A stretch of 64,000 nt of DNA from Podarcis tiliguerta (lineage: Eukaryota), in the NCBI GenBank assembly GCA_965153285.1, contig OZ229115.1, one strand, 5' to 3'. Positions 1 to 11,989 of the stretch are shown here, one piece after another. The stretch's first letter is position 1. Each line of letters begins with the position of its first letter. A program made the position numbers and the translations under genes. The notes under the pieces are model-generated. The model saw only the letters and a list, made by a program, of their open reading frames with translations, ran no database searches and was not told where the DNA came from.

Positions 1-1179
1 ACTGTTGGAAAGGGCTGTGAGGTGGCCATGGAATGCAGACTATTTGTTTCGTGTGGAAGAACCAGATAAGAAGGGGAATCAAATGGAGTATTATGGAGAG
101 GGGCATGGCTGCATCACCTGACTGGAATAGTGAGAAGGAGAACTACACACTGCAATGTTTTTTGTAGGTTCCAGTTGTGTTATGATCTGAAATTACGTAC
201 ATTTTTTTCTAGCACAAATCCAAGAGTTGCAAAGTGAGTCTTTAATAAGAGTCCATTACCTCCTTTTTTAGAGTGACCTATGCTGAGTTTCCAATTTAAA
301 AATCCCCTCATGTTGTGCTAACTTTAAATATAAGCATGAGCCTGAATAATGTCTAGTATATTTCTCTCCTTTCGTTGGTAGAAGATATGCCCCATGACAT
401 ATTGAAATCCTGTATTTCTTAGGAAACTGGCTGCTAGTTTCATCCTCAGGTTCTGCAGGGACTTTCTCATTGGTCAGACTTTCAAATAATAATTATTTTT
501 AATGGTGCATTCAAATAAGGACATAACCAGAGCAGTTGTTAGTTTTGCATTATCTGGAGCGGGGGATGTTCAGGCAATCATTTGCAGATTTACCTGTCAC
601 TTGTCATAAACATCATTTCCCTCTCCTGCTTTTATTGTTTTGCTTCCTCCTCCTCCTCCTCCTCCTTGTTGCAGTGACACCACTTTTATTTATTTATTTT
701 GAACCCATTTTTCATTCATATCATTTCCCATAGCAGGGCACAGTAAGATTCATATCATTTAATAAGATTTAACCACTTGTTGAAAAGGGTTAAGTTCCCA
801 GATCTGTCACACTGTGATAAGAAGCTGATTCGAAAGCTTAGGAACTTCTATCCCAAATGCTTGTTTGGCAGTGGCCTCTAACCTAACAGATGCTGGGTCT
901 GCCCATTCGAGATGTGGCAAGTAACTGAAAAGAAAAGATCACAAAGGCAACTTTGCCTGTTCAATTACTTGAGAGGAAGCATGAGTCAAGCAGGGACTTG
1001 TTCATATCGAGCTAAAAGCAGGGGCCCATTGTCTTCCCATTTTAGCTGTCTCAATTTACCCGAGGCAGGAGAAAGAGACTTGGTAGTTGAAGCAGCTTTA
1101 GCAACTTAGTGGAATGGCCTTTTCTGCTAAGGAAGATGTTGGGACCGCACATCACATCATTCCTATAGGAAAGTGTTAA

Positions 1180-1402
1180 AAACATGAGTGCTGCTGGATC
1201 AGACCAAAAGTCTGTCTAGTGCAGCATCCTCTTTTCCACAATGGCAAGACAAGCAGGACAAGAGAGCAATAACCCTCTCCCACCATTGCTCCCTGGCAGC
1301 TGGTGTTCATAAGCATGCTGCCTCTACTCTGGGAGGCCAGAGGTGGCTATAATTACTAGAATTCCAATTGTATAATTGGAAGGGACCTTGAAAATCATCT
1401 CA
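1180..1402 (-). mobile_element. Degenerate CR1 LINE 3'-end fragments
   Basis: ctgctggatcagaccaaaagtctgtctagtgcagcatcc and ttggaagggaccttgaaaatcatct resemble reverse-complemented CR1 3' UTR motifs; compare the CR1 end at 34250-34294. Confidence 0.55.
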
Positions 1403-1743
1403 TCAAACTTCCTGTTCCATGGTAGTTGGTAGTCTCAGTGCACTTCTTGGCAGGAAAGGAAGCTCTGCTGCTTTCAGTTTCCCCTTCTTCTGACCTAGGA
1501 AATTTGAGAGGGTACTGGGGAGGGGCAAGGAAAGGTGCTCAGGCACCCATTCATGTTCATGTACCCTTGCTAGGAGTATATGCAAAAGGGCTCAAGCCCA
1601 TTTGGGGGTAAACACAGTGGTCCTTGTGGAACCCTAGTTAACATTCCCAGATCTTAAAGGATGGGCACAAACTTAAGGAACTATCCTGAGCCTAGACTTT
1701 GAAAGTGTGCACTAGCACCTTGAGTTTATCTTGGAAGCAATAA

Positions 1744-1773
1744 TAAGTAAGTAAGTAAGTAAGTAAGTAAGTA
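1744..1773. repeat. (TAAG)n microsatellite
   Basis: About 7 units read directly. Confidence 0.95.
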
Positions 1774-1957
1774 GTACATGCCCCTTGCAGCTAATGTAAG
1801 ATATTAATCTGGCTGCTCCATTTTGGACTAGCTGCAATTTCTCAGTAGCCTTCAAGGGCAGCCCCTTGTAGAGCATGTTTCACACAATGCATTTGTGTCA
1901 TCTTTAAAATTGGCACAAGCCCCTCTACCTGTTTAAGCAAGTGTAGGGAAACAAATA

Positions 1958-2190
1958 CAGTCATATCTCGAGTTGAATGTGCTTTGGATTGAGCGCGTTC
2001 GAGTTGCGCTCCGCGGCAACCCGGAAGTAACGGAGCATGTTACTTCTGTGTTTCGCCGCCTGCACATGCGCAGACACTCAAAATGACGTCATGCGCGGAA
2101 GCAGCAACACGCGCCGTTGCGTCTTGCGTTCCATTCGGAATGTGAATGGGGCTCTGGAACGGATCCCGTTTGCATCCCAAGGTACCAATG
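1958..2190. mobile_element. Non-autonomous Tc1/mariner-pogo (Tigger-like) MITE, family A
   Basis: TA flanks (1956-57, 2191-92); ends CAGTCATATC / GGTACCAATG; CpG-rich, with an AACCCGGAAGTAAC core shared with 10224-10440. Confidence 0.8.
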
Positions 2191-3349
2191 TATTTTATTT
2201 AGTGACCCTCACATCAACCATTAACTGTCAACTTATAATTTATTCAAATGTCTCAAAGGGCACATAAATTGGGCCAGGAAGAGCTTACCGATATCTCTGA
2301 TTTTTACTATGTGATAAAGAACTCAGAGAAATGTTTGCTAGTAATGGAAGTAGCTGTTACATTTGCCATTCCATCTCTGGCAGCAAAATCTTTTGGGCCA
2401 ACCCTAGTTGTTTACCATATACAATATTTATCCAGGTTTGTAGAGTTCAGATTAGATCCTTTCCCTTTCTTCCTGCTTCCCAAGTGTAATATCAGGATTG
2501 TGTGGCTGGTAGCAAACTATGTAGGTTTGCTGTAGTCGGATGGGGGTGTTTGAACTGTAGGTGAGTCACCCTGAGTGAGTCTACTTCAGACTGAGGTGAA
2601 AATTCTACGGGTGTTGGTAGTTCAAGCATAGACAGATCAGTGGGGTTGCCTTTGCCTGCAGACTGATCAGACTTCATCCAAAGGAGAAGAGTGTCTTGTG
2701 TGGGTCAGATAGCCATCTGGCCTTTCTGATAGACTGAGGAAACCTTTTGAGATTAGGTCCACTACAGTTAAAATGGAACATTGCTGTTTAGACTTCAGAT
2801 GAGCACTTGGTATTATTAGCCAACAGAAATAAATGACTTGCAGTTTGGACAGGCCTCTTCACCAATGGACTTTTGGGGTTCCAAAATGTGTCTGGCTTCT
2901 GTCAAAGAGAGAAGTGACTTTTGGGGTTACATTGAGCATCTAGAGGAAATACAAGTAAGTTCTGCACTTTAGAAGATTATTAATAGCATTCAAATGGGAC
3001 CCATATGACATACCACCTTAATTTCTATTCAGCCCAACCCCTTAAAAAAGCACAGCAAATACAGTAAGCCCCAAACCTATTGGTTTAGATACAAATATAA
3101 ATTGCAACATCCACACCGAATGGATAAACAAAAGTAACATCATGAAACCGAGCAAGATTGAAAGCAACAGGCTCTTTCCATGAAAACCCCCTGAAATTAC
3201 TTAAATAAATCTTAATGTTCCTGCAAGTTGGGTGTATGTCATTGACATTCAGGGTGAACATGGACTATAAAGCCCTCATTAAAAGACAAAGGCCCCCAAA
3301 CAATGCTGATAGGTTTTAGATTTGATCTATTTTCATCCTTAATTTCCTG

Positions 3350-3620
3350 GCAGTTAGAGACTTAAAGCAGTTTGCCACCTGGTTACCTAAGGAGAGCCTA
3401 CATCCATCACACCCTGCCTGTAATCTAAGATCTGCATTAGAGGTCTTGCCATGTGTGCCTATTGTGAAATCAGCATGGGCGATGAGCACACAAGACAGGG
3501 CTTTCTCAGTGGTGGCTCCACTTTATGGAACTCTCTTCCAGTTAACATTTACTTGGCCCACTGAGTTTTGGTATTCAATAAAGCCTTTAAATCTTATCTT
3601 TTTACTATTGCCTTTCTTTA
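3350..3620 (+). mobile_element. Degenerate L2 LINE 3' fragment
   Basis: Encodes DRAFSVVAPLYGTLF, similar to the L2 ORF2 C-terminal RAFSVVAP-LWNSLP motif. Boundaries approximate. Confidence 0.6.
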
Positions 3621-5090
3621 AAAGAGTTTAGGTCAGAAGTAGCCTATTTGGTGTCGCTGTTAAGGACTGCAACTCTCATCAGCCATAGCCAGCATGGCCA
3701 GTGGTCAGGGATAATGCAAGCTGCAGTCCACAGCATCTGGAGGGCACTGTGTTGGTTACCTCTTGTTTAGGTGCTTTAACAGTTTCTTTCATGAATCAAT
3801 TTGTTGCCTCCAATCAAAACTTCCTATTTTGTTTGATATTCTAGTTTTTTAAAAAAAAATTCTCGTCTCTCTCACTTTGTGATAGCTTGACCCTGAAAAG
3901 CAATTAATAACTGAAATAAATACATACATGTTGGAAAGCTTTCATTTGCCTCTCAGAGGCAGCTTTCATTTGTCTCATTTGCCCCAATCAGCCATTGCCT
4001 CCTTTTAAGAGAAATAACTTGCCTATGGAATTTTCTTAATGCAGCCAGTCAAGAGTTCGGCTTCCTTTTTCTCAGTTCAATAATCTTTTGCCTTTGACAC
4101 AAAGTTATACAAGTGCAGCCAACGTACAACAAACCGCCAGTCTCCTCTGAGCAAGTGGAACTATACAAACACATAGAGGTATTTTCTTAGAGCTGCAACA
4201 TATTTGCAACTTTCTGTGAAGTGTTGGAAAAACATTTTCCCAACCTCTTGTGCACAAACTTTGTGTAAAGTGGCTTAGGGCACAAAGGGAAGGTGAGCAG
4301 GTTCACTTCTATCAAGTGGCTTGATGGAATATTTCCTCTGGGAAACCCATTTGTGCCACCTTGAGGAACACGAGGGAAGAAAGGTGGAATATAATGTAGC
4401 AGATAAAATAATAAAAGCATAGCTTTTTCTTTTTTTTAAAGACACCCTCTTATTAAAATATGCACTTTCCCCTCCATGGAGCTGAACTTAATGCAGGACT
4501 TTGTATAGTATGAAATGGCCCATACCAAGATAGCAACAATTCTGAGTGGATGCACACTCCACTTTCTGAGTGCACCTTGAAGCTCAGTTAAAACGTTGCT
4601 TATTTGCAAAACACCAGAAAATGCAGTAGGAGAATTGATGATGTGTATGTTGGAATAGGTGGCAGGCTTGTGATATGCAGAATTCCAGAATAAGTTCAGA
4701 AGCACATCCCTCTACTGATGAGTTGGACTGACCAGTTGCCATTACATATTTATTGCTACTTAAGTACATGTAGGAATATTGCAGAAGACTGCAACAAGCT
4801 AGCCCCAAGAACATCAGTTTCTTGAAGCAAGGGATGTGTGCAAGAAAGCAGGTTTCGGCTCATGCAAAGGTAGATACACATTTACATCTGGATACACATC
4901 TGCACTGCAAAAAATCAGAGCCTGCCAAATATTTGAGGGGCGCCAGGGCATGCTTCCCCCTGGATTTTCCTCCCTGCAGTACCCTGATGTTCCCCACAAC
5001 CTACTGGGGGGCAGGATGGATGTTGTTGAGAAGCAGCACTGGGAATGGATGGCTGTGAGCAGGCTGGCAATGAGAACAGAAGCACTAGAC

Positions 5091-5226
5091 CAGTGATGGC
5101 CAAACTTGGCCCTCCAGCTGTTTTGGGACTACAACTCCCATCATCCCTAACTAACAGGACCAGTGGGTAGGGATGATGGGAATTGTAGTACCAAAACAGC
5201 TGGAGGGCCAAGTTTGGTCATCACTG
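5091..5226. mobile_element. hAT-type palindromic MITE (136 bp)
   Basis: 59-bp inverted arms (3 mismatches) starting CAGTGATGGCCAAACT, 18-nt spacer; 8-bp flanks cactagac/cactaggt. Degenerate relatives near 3665-3760, 15668-15790, 32360-32455 and 43072-43201. Confidence 0.85.
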
Positions 5227-5251
5227 CACTAGGTGAATCAGCAGTAACAGC

Positions 5252-5366
5252 CATGGGTGTAGCCAAGGGGGGGCTGCTGCCCCTCTAAATCAGTAAAATA
5301 CAAATCTGAGGTTCTGCCCTCCAACAAAAGCCTACACCCCTAACGAAAATCCTGGCTACACCCATG
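5252..5366. mobile_element. hAT-type MITE (115 bp)
   Basis: TIR CATGGGTGTAGCCA / TGGCTACACCCATG; 8-bp TSD gtaacagc/gtagcagc (7/8). Confidence 0.85.
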
Positions 5367-6212
5367 GTAGCAGCCAGTGTCTTAATTGCCCTCAAAAGCT
5401 TTGTTGGGGCCCAGAGTCACCAGTGTTTTTCTTTTCAGTGCTGTGCCCTTTAAAAATGTATTGGGAGATGGGGAGTAGCCAACTAAGCAGTTCCACTAAC
5501 CAGTGTTTTAGCTGCACAGTGGAACTTCCCGCCCTCTTTTCTCTTTGCACATACTGTAAATCTGCTCTGGAGGATTGGGGAAACAGATTTAAGGGATGGA
5601 AAAGATTTAAGGGGTACAAGGAAGTTCCACTACACAGCTAAAACTCATTCAACTTGCAGAACTGTTTACTTGTATTTGGGCCGTATTCTTTTAAGGGGGA
5701 GGTTGATGTAAGCAAATATCACACTGAACTGACTAGTTGAGTCTTTGTATGTAAATATGGAGGCATGTTCCTGTCTGTGTCCAGCACACTGAAATGGTGC
5801 TCTTATCACAATACTTGCTTGTAAACTGTTTTGAGTAAAAACACATTTCGAAAGGTATGATACATAATTTTATTAGAAATTAAAAGAAGTAGTTGTGCAG
5901 AACTAGTGATGTGCAAGTAGAGCTGGACTGCAGCCCAGATCTAACATGCCAAACTGTTGCCTTGATAAAAATTATAAACAAACCCGAAGTATATGGGAAT
6001 ACACTATATTATACTTATATCCTCGTTGTGCCTTCAAAAGCCCCATCAAACACAAGGAAGGCTACGCTGTTCATCCCTGGACTACTTAGTGTTTGATCTT
6101 TGAAAAAAGACATTATTTCTCTTAGTTATGGAGAGGAATGAAAGAACAACCATGGACTCTTCCAAGACAAAGGTAAACTAGATTTTAGTAGAAACTTCAG
6201 TGTAACTGCAAA

Positions 6213-6218
6213 TTTATT
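6213..6218 (-). terminator. Candidate distal polyA signal for a long FAF1 3' UTR
   Basis: AATAAA on minus strand followed by T/GT-rich sequence (gtttacctttgtcttgg). Other candidates at 8645-8650 and 6905-6910. Confidence 0.3.
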
Positions 6219-6479
6219 TAATGTTTCTAATGTCACCGAAAAAGTACAATTTATGAAAGCTGTCGTCCTGTTCTGCTACATCTTTTTTTTTTTAAGGCGG
6301 TTCCATAAAAACTCACCCCCGTTAAATGTAAAGAGTGTAGGTGAAGAGAATACAGAGGAGACATTTGGGTTTTGCATAACCTCTAATATCAGTTTAAACA
6401 GCCATGTAAAAATGAGGAGGTACATCGGAGGCAGCACTTACTGCTGCCAGGGAGCCTCCCGCTTTCCCCATCATACCGA

Positions 6480-6810
6480 GTGGGATAATAGACACAAAAA
6501 GGAACACTTTGTTACAAGTTTCCATTAATTGACAACAATAATGCCTTAAGATTTAATACTAATGCATTCAAGACATTAATGATAATCCATTAATATGAGG
6601 GACCTGACAATGTAAAAGTGGAATCAAAGATATGATCCACCGTAACAATGTAACAGTTGGGTGGGGATAACAGCTTGCATATTGAATATAAAGGGCTGGT
6701 GAATTGATATCAGCAAAGAAAATGTGACTAATACGGTGGCTTTGAAACAGAGAAAAAATGGGCACATATAAAATTGTCATTAAATACTATTGCTACATGA
6801 ACAACAAGCA
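6480..6810. promoter_or_regulatory. Candidate developmental enhancer / conserved non-coding element
   Basis: No recognisable repeat; dense TAAT/TAATCC, TCF (ATCAAAG, CTTTGAA), Sox (AACAATG), TGACA and DM-domain-like sites. Confidence 0.45.
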
Positions 6811-9522
6811 GCATTGTGGGCCCATATTTGTGAAGGCTTTTGATTACAGAAGTTTGTGTTCCTAAAAATCCAAATGTTAGGAATAAACCAATCATTAGCA
6901 ATATTTTATTTCAATAGGAAGATATGCATTCTTGCAGTCCTCCAAGACAATGCCTCATAGTCTCAAAAGTGAACAGCAGGTGGAATTAATTTTACATGGA
7001 GAAAATTGCAACCGAATTGGCACAACAGAAGCCTACAGCCAATTTCATGCTGGATGTATACATTCACTAACCAACCAACCACACAGCATAAACATATCCA
7101 CAAATTCAGATCAAGTTGTGGAAGAGTATACGAAACTACCTTTAAAACCTCGAACTGCTATTCCTGTCAATCATTTGGGTGCATTTGCGACTTGATTATG
7201 AGATCATGCGAGATGAAAAGAAATAAGTAAACAAATGTTGATGTTCAGATGGGTAAAATGGAAGCATGGTATAAAATGCGTCACAGGAAGATTAAACTAC
7301 ATTTAATAAATTAATAGGGAAATGTGTAGCCAAAATATAAGAAATAAAGATGAAGAAGATAAAAACAGCACAATGATCTCACAAATGAAACTTATTATAT
7401 AAGATAAAGGTAATTTTAAAAATATTCTATACAATGATCTGTATTCCACATCATATTAAACCATTCATAAAAATGAACATGCAGTGTGCTGGTGCATAGC
7501 ACTGGAAAATTCTCCTCTGCTTCTGCTACACTGCAGGAAAACAAGCCAGAATTTAGAGAGAAACAAACTGTGAACCTAGGTTTGGATGTCACAGCTAGTC
7601 AAACTCTGGCTTGTTTCATAGTGGCATGACAGCAGCAGGAGCAGGGGAGGAACAGAGCAAGAACATTTGAGCACCATGCACTAGCATGCGGCATGTTCAC
7701 ATTAAACCATTAATGTGATGTGAAAACCATGCTAATGCATATCAGTATTTCAGCAAGCCCACTCATTAGAAGTATGGTTGACAACAATCTAAATGAACAT
7801 TTGCAGATGAATGCTAATTAAGGGCACAATTCAGAATCCACTTGCTTCAGAGAGAATTTTGATGCAAAAACAAGTGGTAGACCACAGTTCCATTCATTTC
7901 ATTGGAAGGGTTAAGCATGACCTTAACTGTCTCTAATTAAACTGCATGGGGCTTTTAACTTGGAGTAGATTTCATTCTTCCTACTTATGTATGGAATTTG
8001 TTTTTTACATTTCTTCTGTTTGCAACTTGTATAGCTTTTCAATTAAGGTAACAAGCTGGATCTTTCCAATACATTCCATATTGTCTAATGTGGAGTTTCA
8101 TGTACTGTAGATTGAGGAGGGGGCATGAAATAGTGTGACATGAATACATCACTGTATGTCCTGTGTGCATTCACAAATGTAATTGTTTTAGAAGACTCCC
8201 CCATCCACATTTTACATTTGCATTTTGGGTAAAAAATAATATATCAGCTTTACTAGCCACCTAATAATCATACACTAATTTTATATATCCAACATTCTGA
8301 AAAGCAGAACACCACTGACATGTTTATACGTTTGTTTCTGATTCATATTAAATCTTCATACTTGGATACAATCTTGAGTTATATGCAGAAAAACCAATGA
8401 TCTGTTTAGTAGCTGATGTTTCTGTGGTGCTCTCAAATGCTATACCCTACACCTAGATTTTTGTTACTTTTTTAAAAAAACAAAAAGCTTATAAAATTAT
8501 TTTGATACAATTTTAGGCAGCAGGTATAGTTGGGTTGGTTTGTATAATTCAGGCTTCAGAACCAATTCCCTGGGTACACATTACTCAGGATCAATAATGA
8601 AAATGCAATGAGGAAGATTTCTTAATACACTGTAATTTTACATTTTTATTGTTTGGTGAAATAAACAAGGTGCTTTAAAACAGCAGAAAAAAAATACAAA
8701 CAAGTGCCAGAATGAAAGGAAGCAAAAAGGAAATAAAGGGCAGAGAGAAGGGTTCCTGTAATTTCTTCCACAATGATGAGCAAAAAATAAAATAAAATGT
8801 GTGTTTGCTATTTGAAACACTTTTAGAGGCTGGTAGTCAATATCAACTTATTACTGAACTATCAGCTAGATGCCAGTTATTTAGCACTGGCCCATTTCTG
8901 AACATTATTTAGATATTCACATCATCAGCAGTTCAGCACACTGCAGTGTAATGGAAAGTACTCCCTAAACTGAATTGGAACTGAGATCCGAAAGGGAAAA
9001 AAGGTAAATAAATATCTTGCATATATGTCAAACTATATTCTCCAAACAAAACCTTACATCTTATGAAAGGAGTCAGAAAGTACCAACAAAACAAAACAAA
9101 AAAAGGTTTCTGCTTTCTACTACTATAATACTGTTAAATCTCCAAGGCTGAAAATGTCCCATGTGTTGATTTTCTGCCTTTTTTAAAAAATTAGGTGGTG
9201 AAGTAGAAATTCAAACACAGGAAGAAAATGCATATATATGAGAGCACTGGTTCACCGAAATATCAAATATACAGTATTCTAGTGTCAAAAGTACAGGCAG
9301 AAATATCCAAGAATTCTTGGTGAAAAGGGGGTAATTGAGGAGTAAAAATTCTACTTGACAATCACTCACATTTTAACAGTGCATTAATTATAACAAAAGC
9401 CAGATGGTAAGTGAGCAACAGAGTCATAGTGTTCAGTGTTTACTGCAGAATATTTCTTTTCTGCTCATTTAAATGAGGTTGGAAACATATACTCATGTAT
9501 GGAAAACTTTTAAGGAGCTATG

Positions 9523-9528
9523 TTTATT
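9523..9528 (-). terminator. Proximal FAF1 polyadenylation signal (AATAAA)
   Basis: TTTATT on plus strand, about 140 nt after the stop; first AATAAA downstream of the CDS. Confidence 0.65.
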
Positions 9529-9669
9529 CTTCCTTTCCGGCTTCTTGAAAGAGGCAGAGTTGTGACATTGATTTTTGAGTTAAATGACAGTACACGGTGA
9601 TTTGGATAAAGCGTTCACCGTGCCTCGTTCATTATCAAAGGATTGCTTAGTCCTCCAATCTGGCTCGAT

Positions 9670-9753
9670 CTATTCTTTTGCCTCTAGGAAAAGTGTTTCT
9701 TGAGGGTACAATTTTAATTCCAGTAATGATTTATTTGGATCCAGCTGGGTCAC
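9670..9753 (-). CDS. FAF1: FAF1 last coding exon (about exon 19), end of UBX domain and stop
   Basis: VTQLDPNKSLLELKLYPQETLFLEAKE*. Acceptor ttttgtcttcacag; TAG at 9670-9672. Not in the ORF track. Confidence 0.97.
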   Translation of the reverse strand: MTQLDPNKSLLELKLYPQETLFLEAKE

Positions 9754-10223
9754 CTGTGAAGACAAAAAAATAACAGAAAAAACCCTGAAAAAACAAGTAC
9801 AGGTAGCCGTCATATACATTTTCAAAAGCAGACTGAGAACTATTTTAGGGCCGTTTAATTTTTTTACTTATAACATTCAGGAAAATAGCATCAATTCATA
9901 CATAAGAATATGTATATATTTGCAATGGGCTGCAAGAAAGATAGTTTTATTGTAAGTTGCATGTCGTATCATCTGGCAAAAGGTCTCTTATTTTCTTTAT
10001 TTAGAGAATCTATCAGCATTTGTCAATGCAGATGTTATGTTTGTGAGATTATTGGGATCTTACAGGTACACAGGACAGAAACGACATGCTTAGCACTTTT
10101 TCTATATAGACCAAAATACTCACTTAATTTAATTGGTGTTTCAAATATGTAAATGGCTTAGACATCCTCTAATAATTGCAATTTGATTTTGCAGTGCATT
10201 GCAGAGAGCATGTCACCTATGTA

Positions 10224-10440
10224 CAGTGGAACTTCAGGTTGCCGACGTAATCCGTGACGGAGGCACATCCGCAACCTGCAGCATTCACACCCTGAAGCGC
10301 CGCGTCTGCGCAGGCATGATTTGGGGCTTCTGCCCATGCGGCGAAACCCGGAAGTAACCCGTTCCAGTACTTCCGGGTTTCCCACAGTCCGCAACCCAAA
10401 AACACGTAACCTGAAGCGACCGTAACATGAGGTATGACAG
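10224..10440. mobile_element. Tc1/mariner-pogo MITE, family A (opposite orientation to 1958-2190)
   Basis: TA flanks; ends CAGTGGAAC / GGTATGACAG; internal inverted repeat AAACCCGGAAGTA...TACTTCCGGGTTT. Confidence 0.8.
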
Positions 10441-11989
10441 TAATTGACAAATCCATTTCAGCTCACTCCATGCTTAAATTCCATTGATTTTCTTTCCCCA
10501 ATAGTGCTTGGATATGATTACATTTTCCAAGTTTAAAATCTGGGCTTGAAAAGATATATTACTGGAAACTCTAGTGCATAATAGGAAAGTGATTTAATTG
10601 TTTATCCACACCTGTGAAACCATACTGTATGATTTACCAACAACTGCTATCTAGTGAAACACATACATTAGAAAGGAGCACAGCTATACTACAATATGCA
10701 TGTACACTTTTGTGTAGAAGTATATAGTATACCTTCCCAGCAATTACAATTTGAGCTTTTAGGATAGGGTCTCACCTGAAAACATTAAATACATGTTTTG
10801 TTAGACCAGATTGCCATTCTCCCCTCTCCCGCTCATACTCTGTATGCAAAACTACTTTTCACTGGCAGACTGTACATGAGCAGTGAATTGTGGGGTGATG
10901 AATAACTGCATTGGAATATGTAGCTGCAATCAAAGGCTCAAGCGTGTAACCACATAGGGTGCATTAAAATTTGAAATAAGTAGTAACTGTCTACTGCTCA
11001 CAAACACAGGGCATTTTTATGTCAGGAATTACTGAACAAATCAAGTTCCAGTAGTTGCTGAAGTCTCGCTTTGTGAACAGAAAAAAGATAGTTCCATACC
11101 ATTGTTACTTGTTACCACTGATGGAAGGCATCTGACAGCAGAACAGGGAGGAAGGGAATTTTATGGGGGTTGGGGGACCCTCCAAGGCAGATTTCAGATG
11201 GAGTGGTGGTCTTTGGGAGGGGAAGCGAGCACCTAACTTTCTATTCTTCCCTGTTCCACTGATGCGTGCCTTTTGTCAGCAGAATGACACCAACTAGATT
11301 CTACCACATACATAAAGATGCATGAATGCTTGAGATTATAAAATGTTTTAAAAGCCCATTAAAAAGGATTTGTGATATAGCATTTTCTACAAAGTATTAT
11401 TTCCAAAGAACATACCACTTAAAATGAATGGGAAGAAACTATCTTAGAAAATATGTTTTATAAAGCTACTGCGACTCTGAATTCTGTTTTGCACTTACAG
11501 AAGCCTAATAATGAAGCTTTTTGTTTCATATTTATAGCCTTTAGCATTTCACTGCTACAGTGCTGAACCATTCTTTGGACAAGAGGTACCGTGCACCTGA
11601 GAAAAGCAATTTGCTTTCTCTGTTCAGTTCAAGTCTGTATCTAATTAAATCCACTCACTTTCCAAATCCCATAACCCCTTTATTGCAAAAGCAAGGAAAG
11701 GTAAGTAGAGTGAGAATGTCTTCTGTGTATCAGGCGAAAACTGGTTTGAAAAGCGAGGCTGGGTTAATGAACACTATCCTCCAGACTGTAACCAGATGGA
11801 AACCCATTATTCACTTGAGTGTAATTAAGGATGCACATCCTAATCGGAACTCTTGGGTTTACAAACTCAAGTTACCCTTAATAACAACTATCAACGATGT
11901 CCTTTTCTCAAGTGTTTTCAACTTTGGAGGTTAGCTGAGTACCTGTGCTAAGAGGAGGTTTGCTGCTTTTCACCCTTGCTTTCAGTGTG

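Noticed and set aside
2531-2825. Possible solo LTR (TGTAG...CCAACA)
   Set aside because: Flanks do not form a TSD and there is no other support.
9583-9633. SECIS-like reading of the 3' UTR hairpin (AUGA...AA)
   Set aside because: No 3' GA for the kink-turn quartet, the stop is UAG, and there is no in-frame UGA in the visible CDS.
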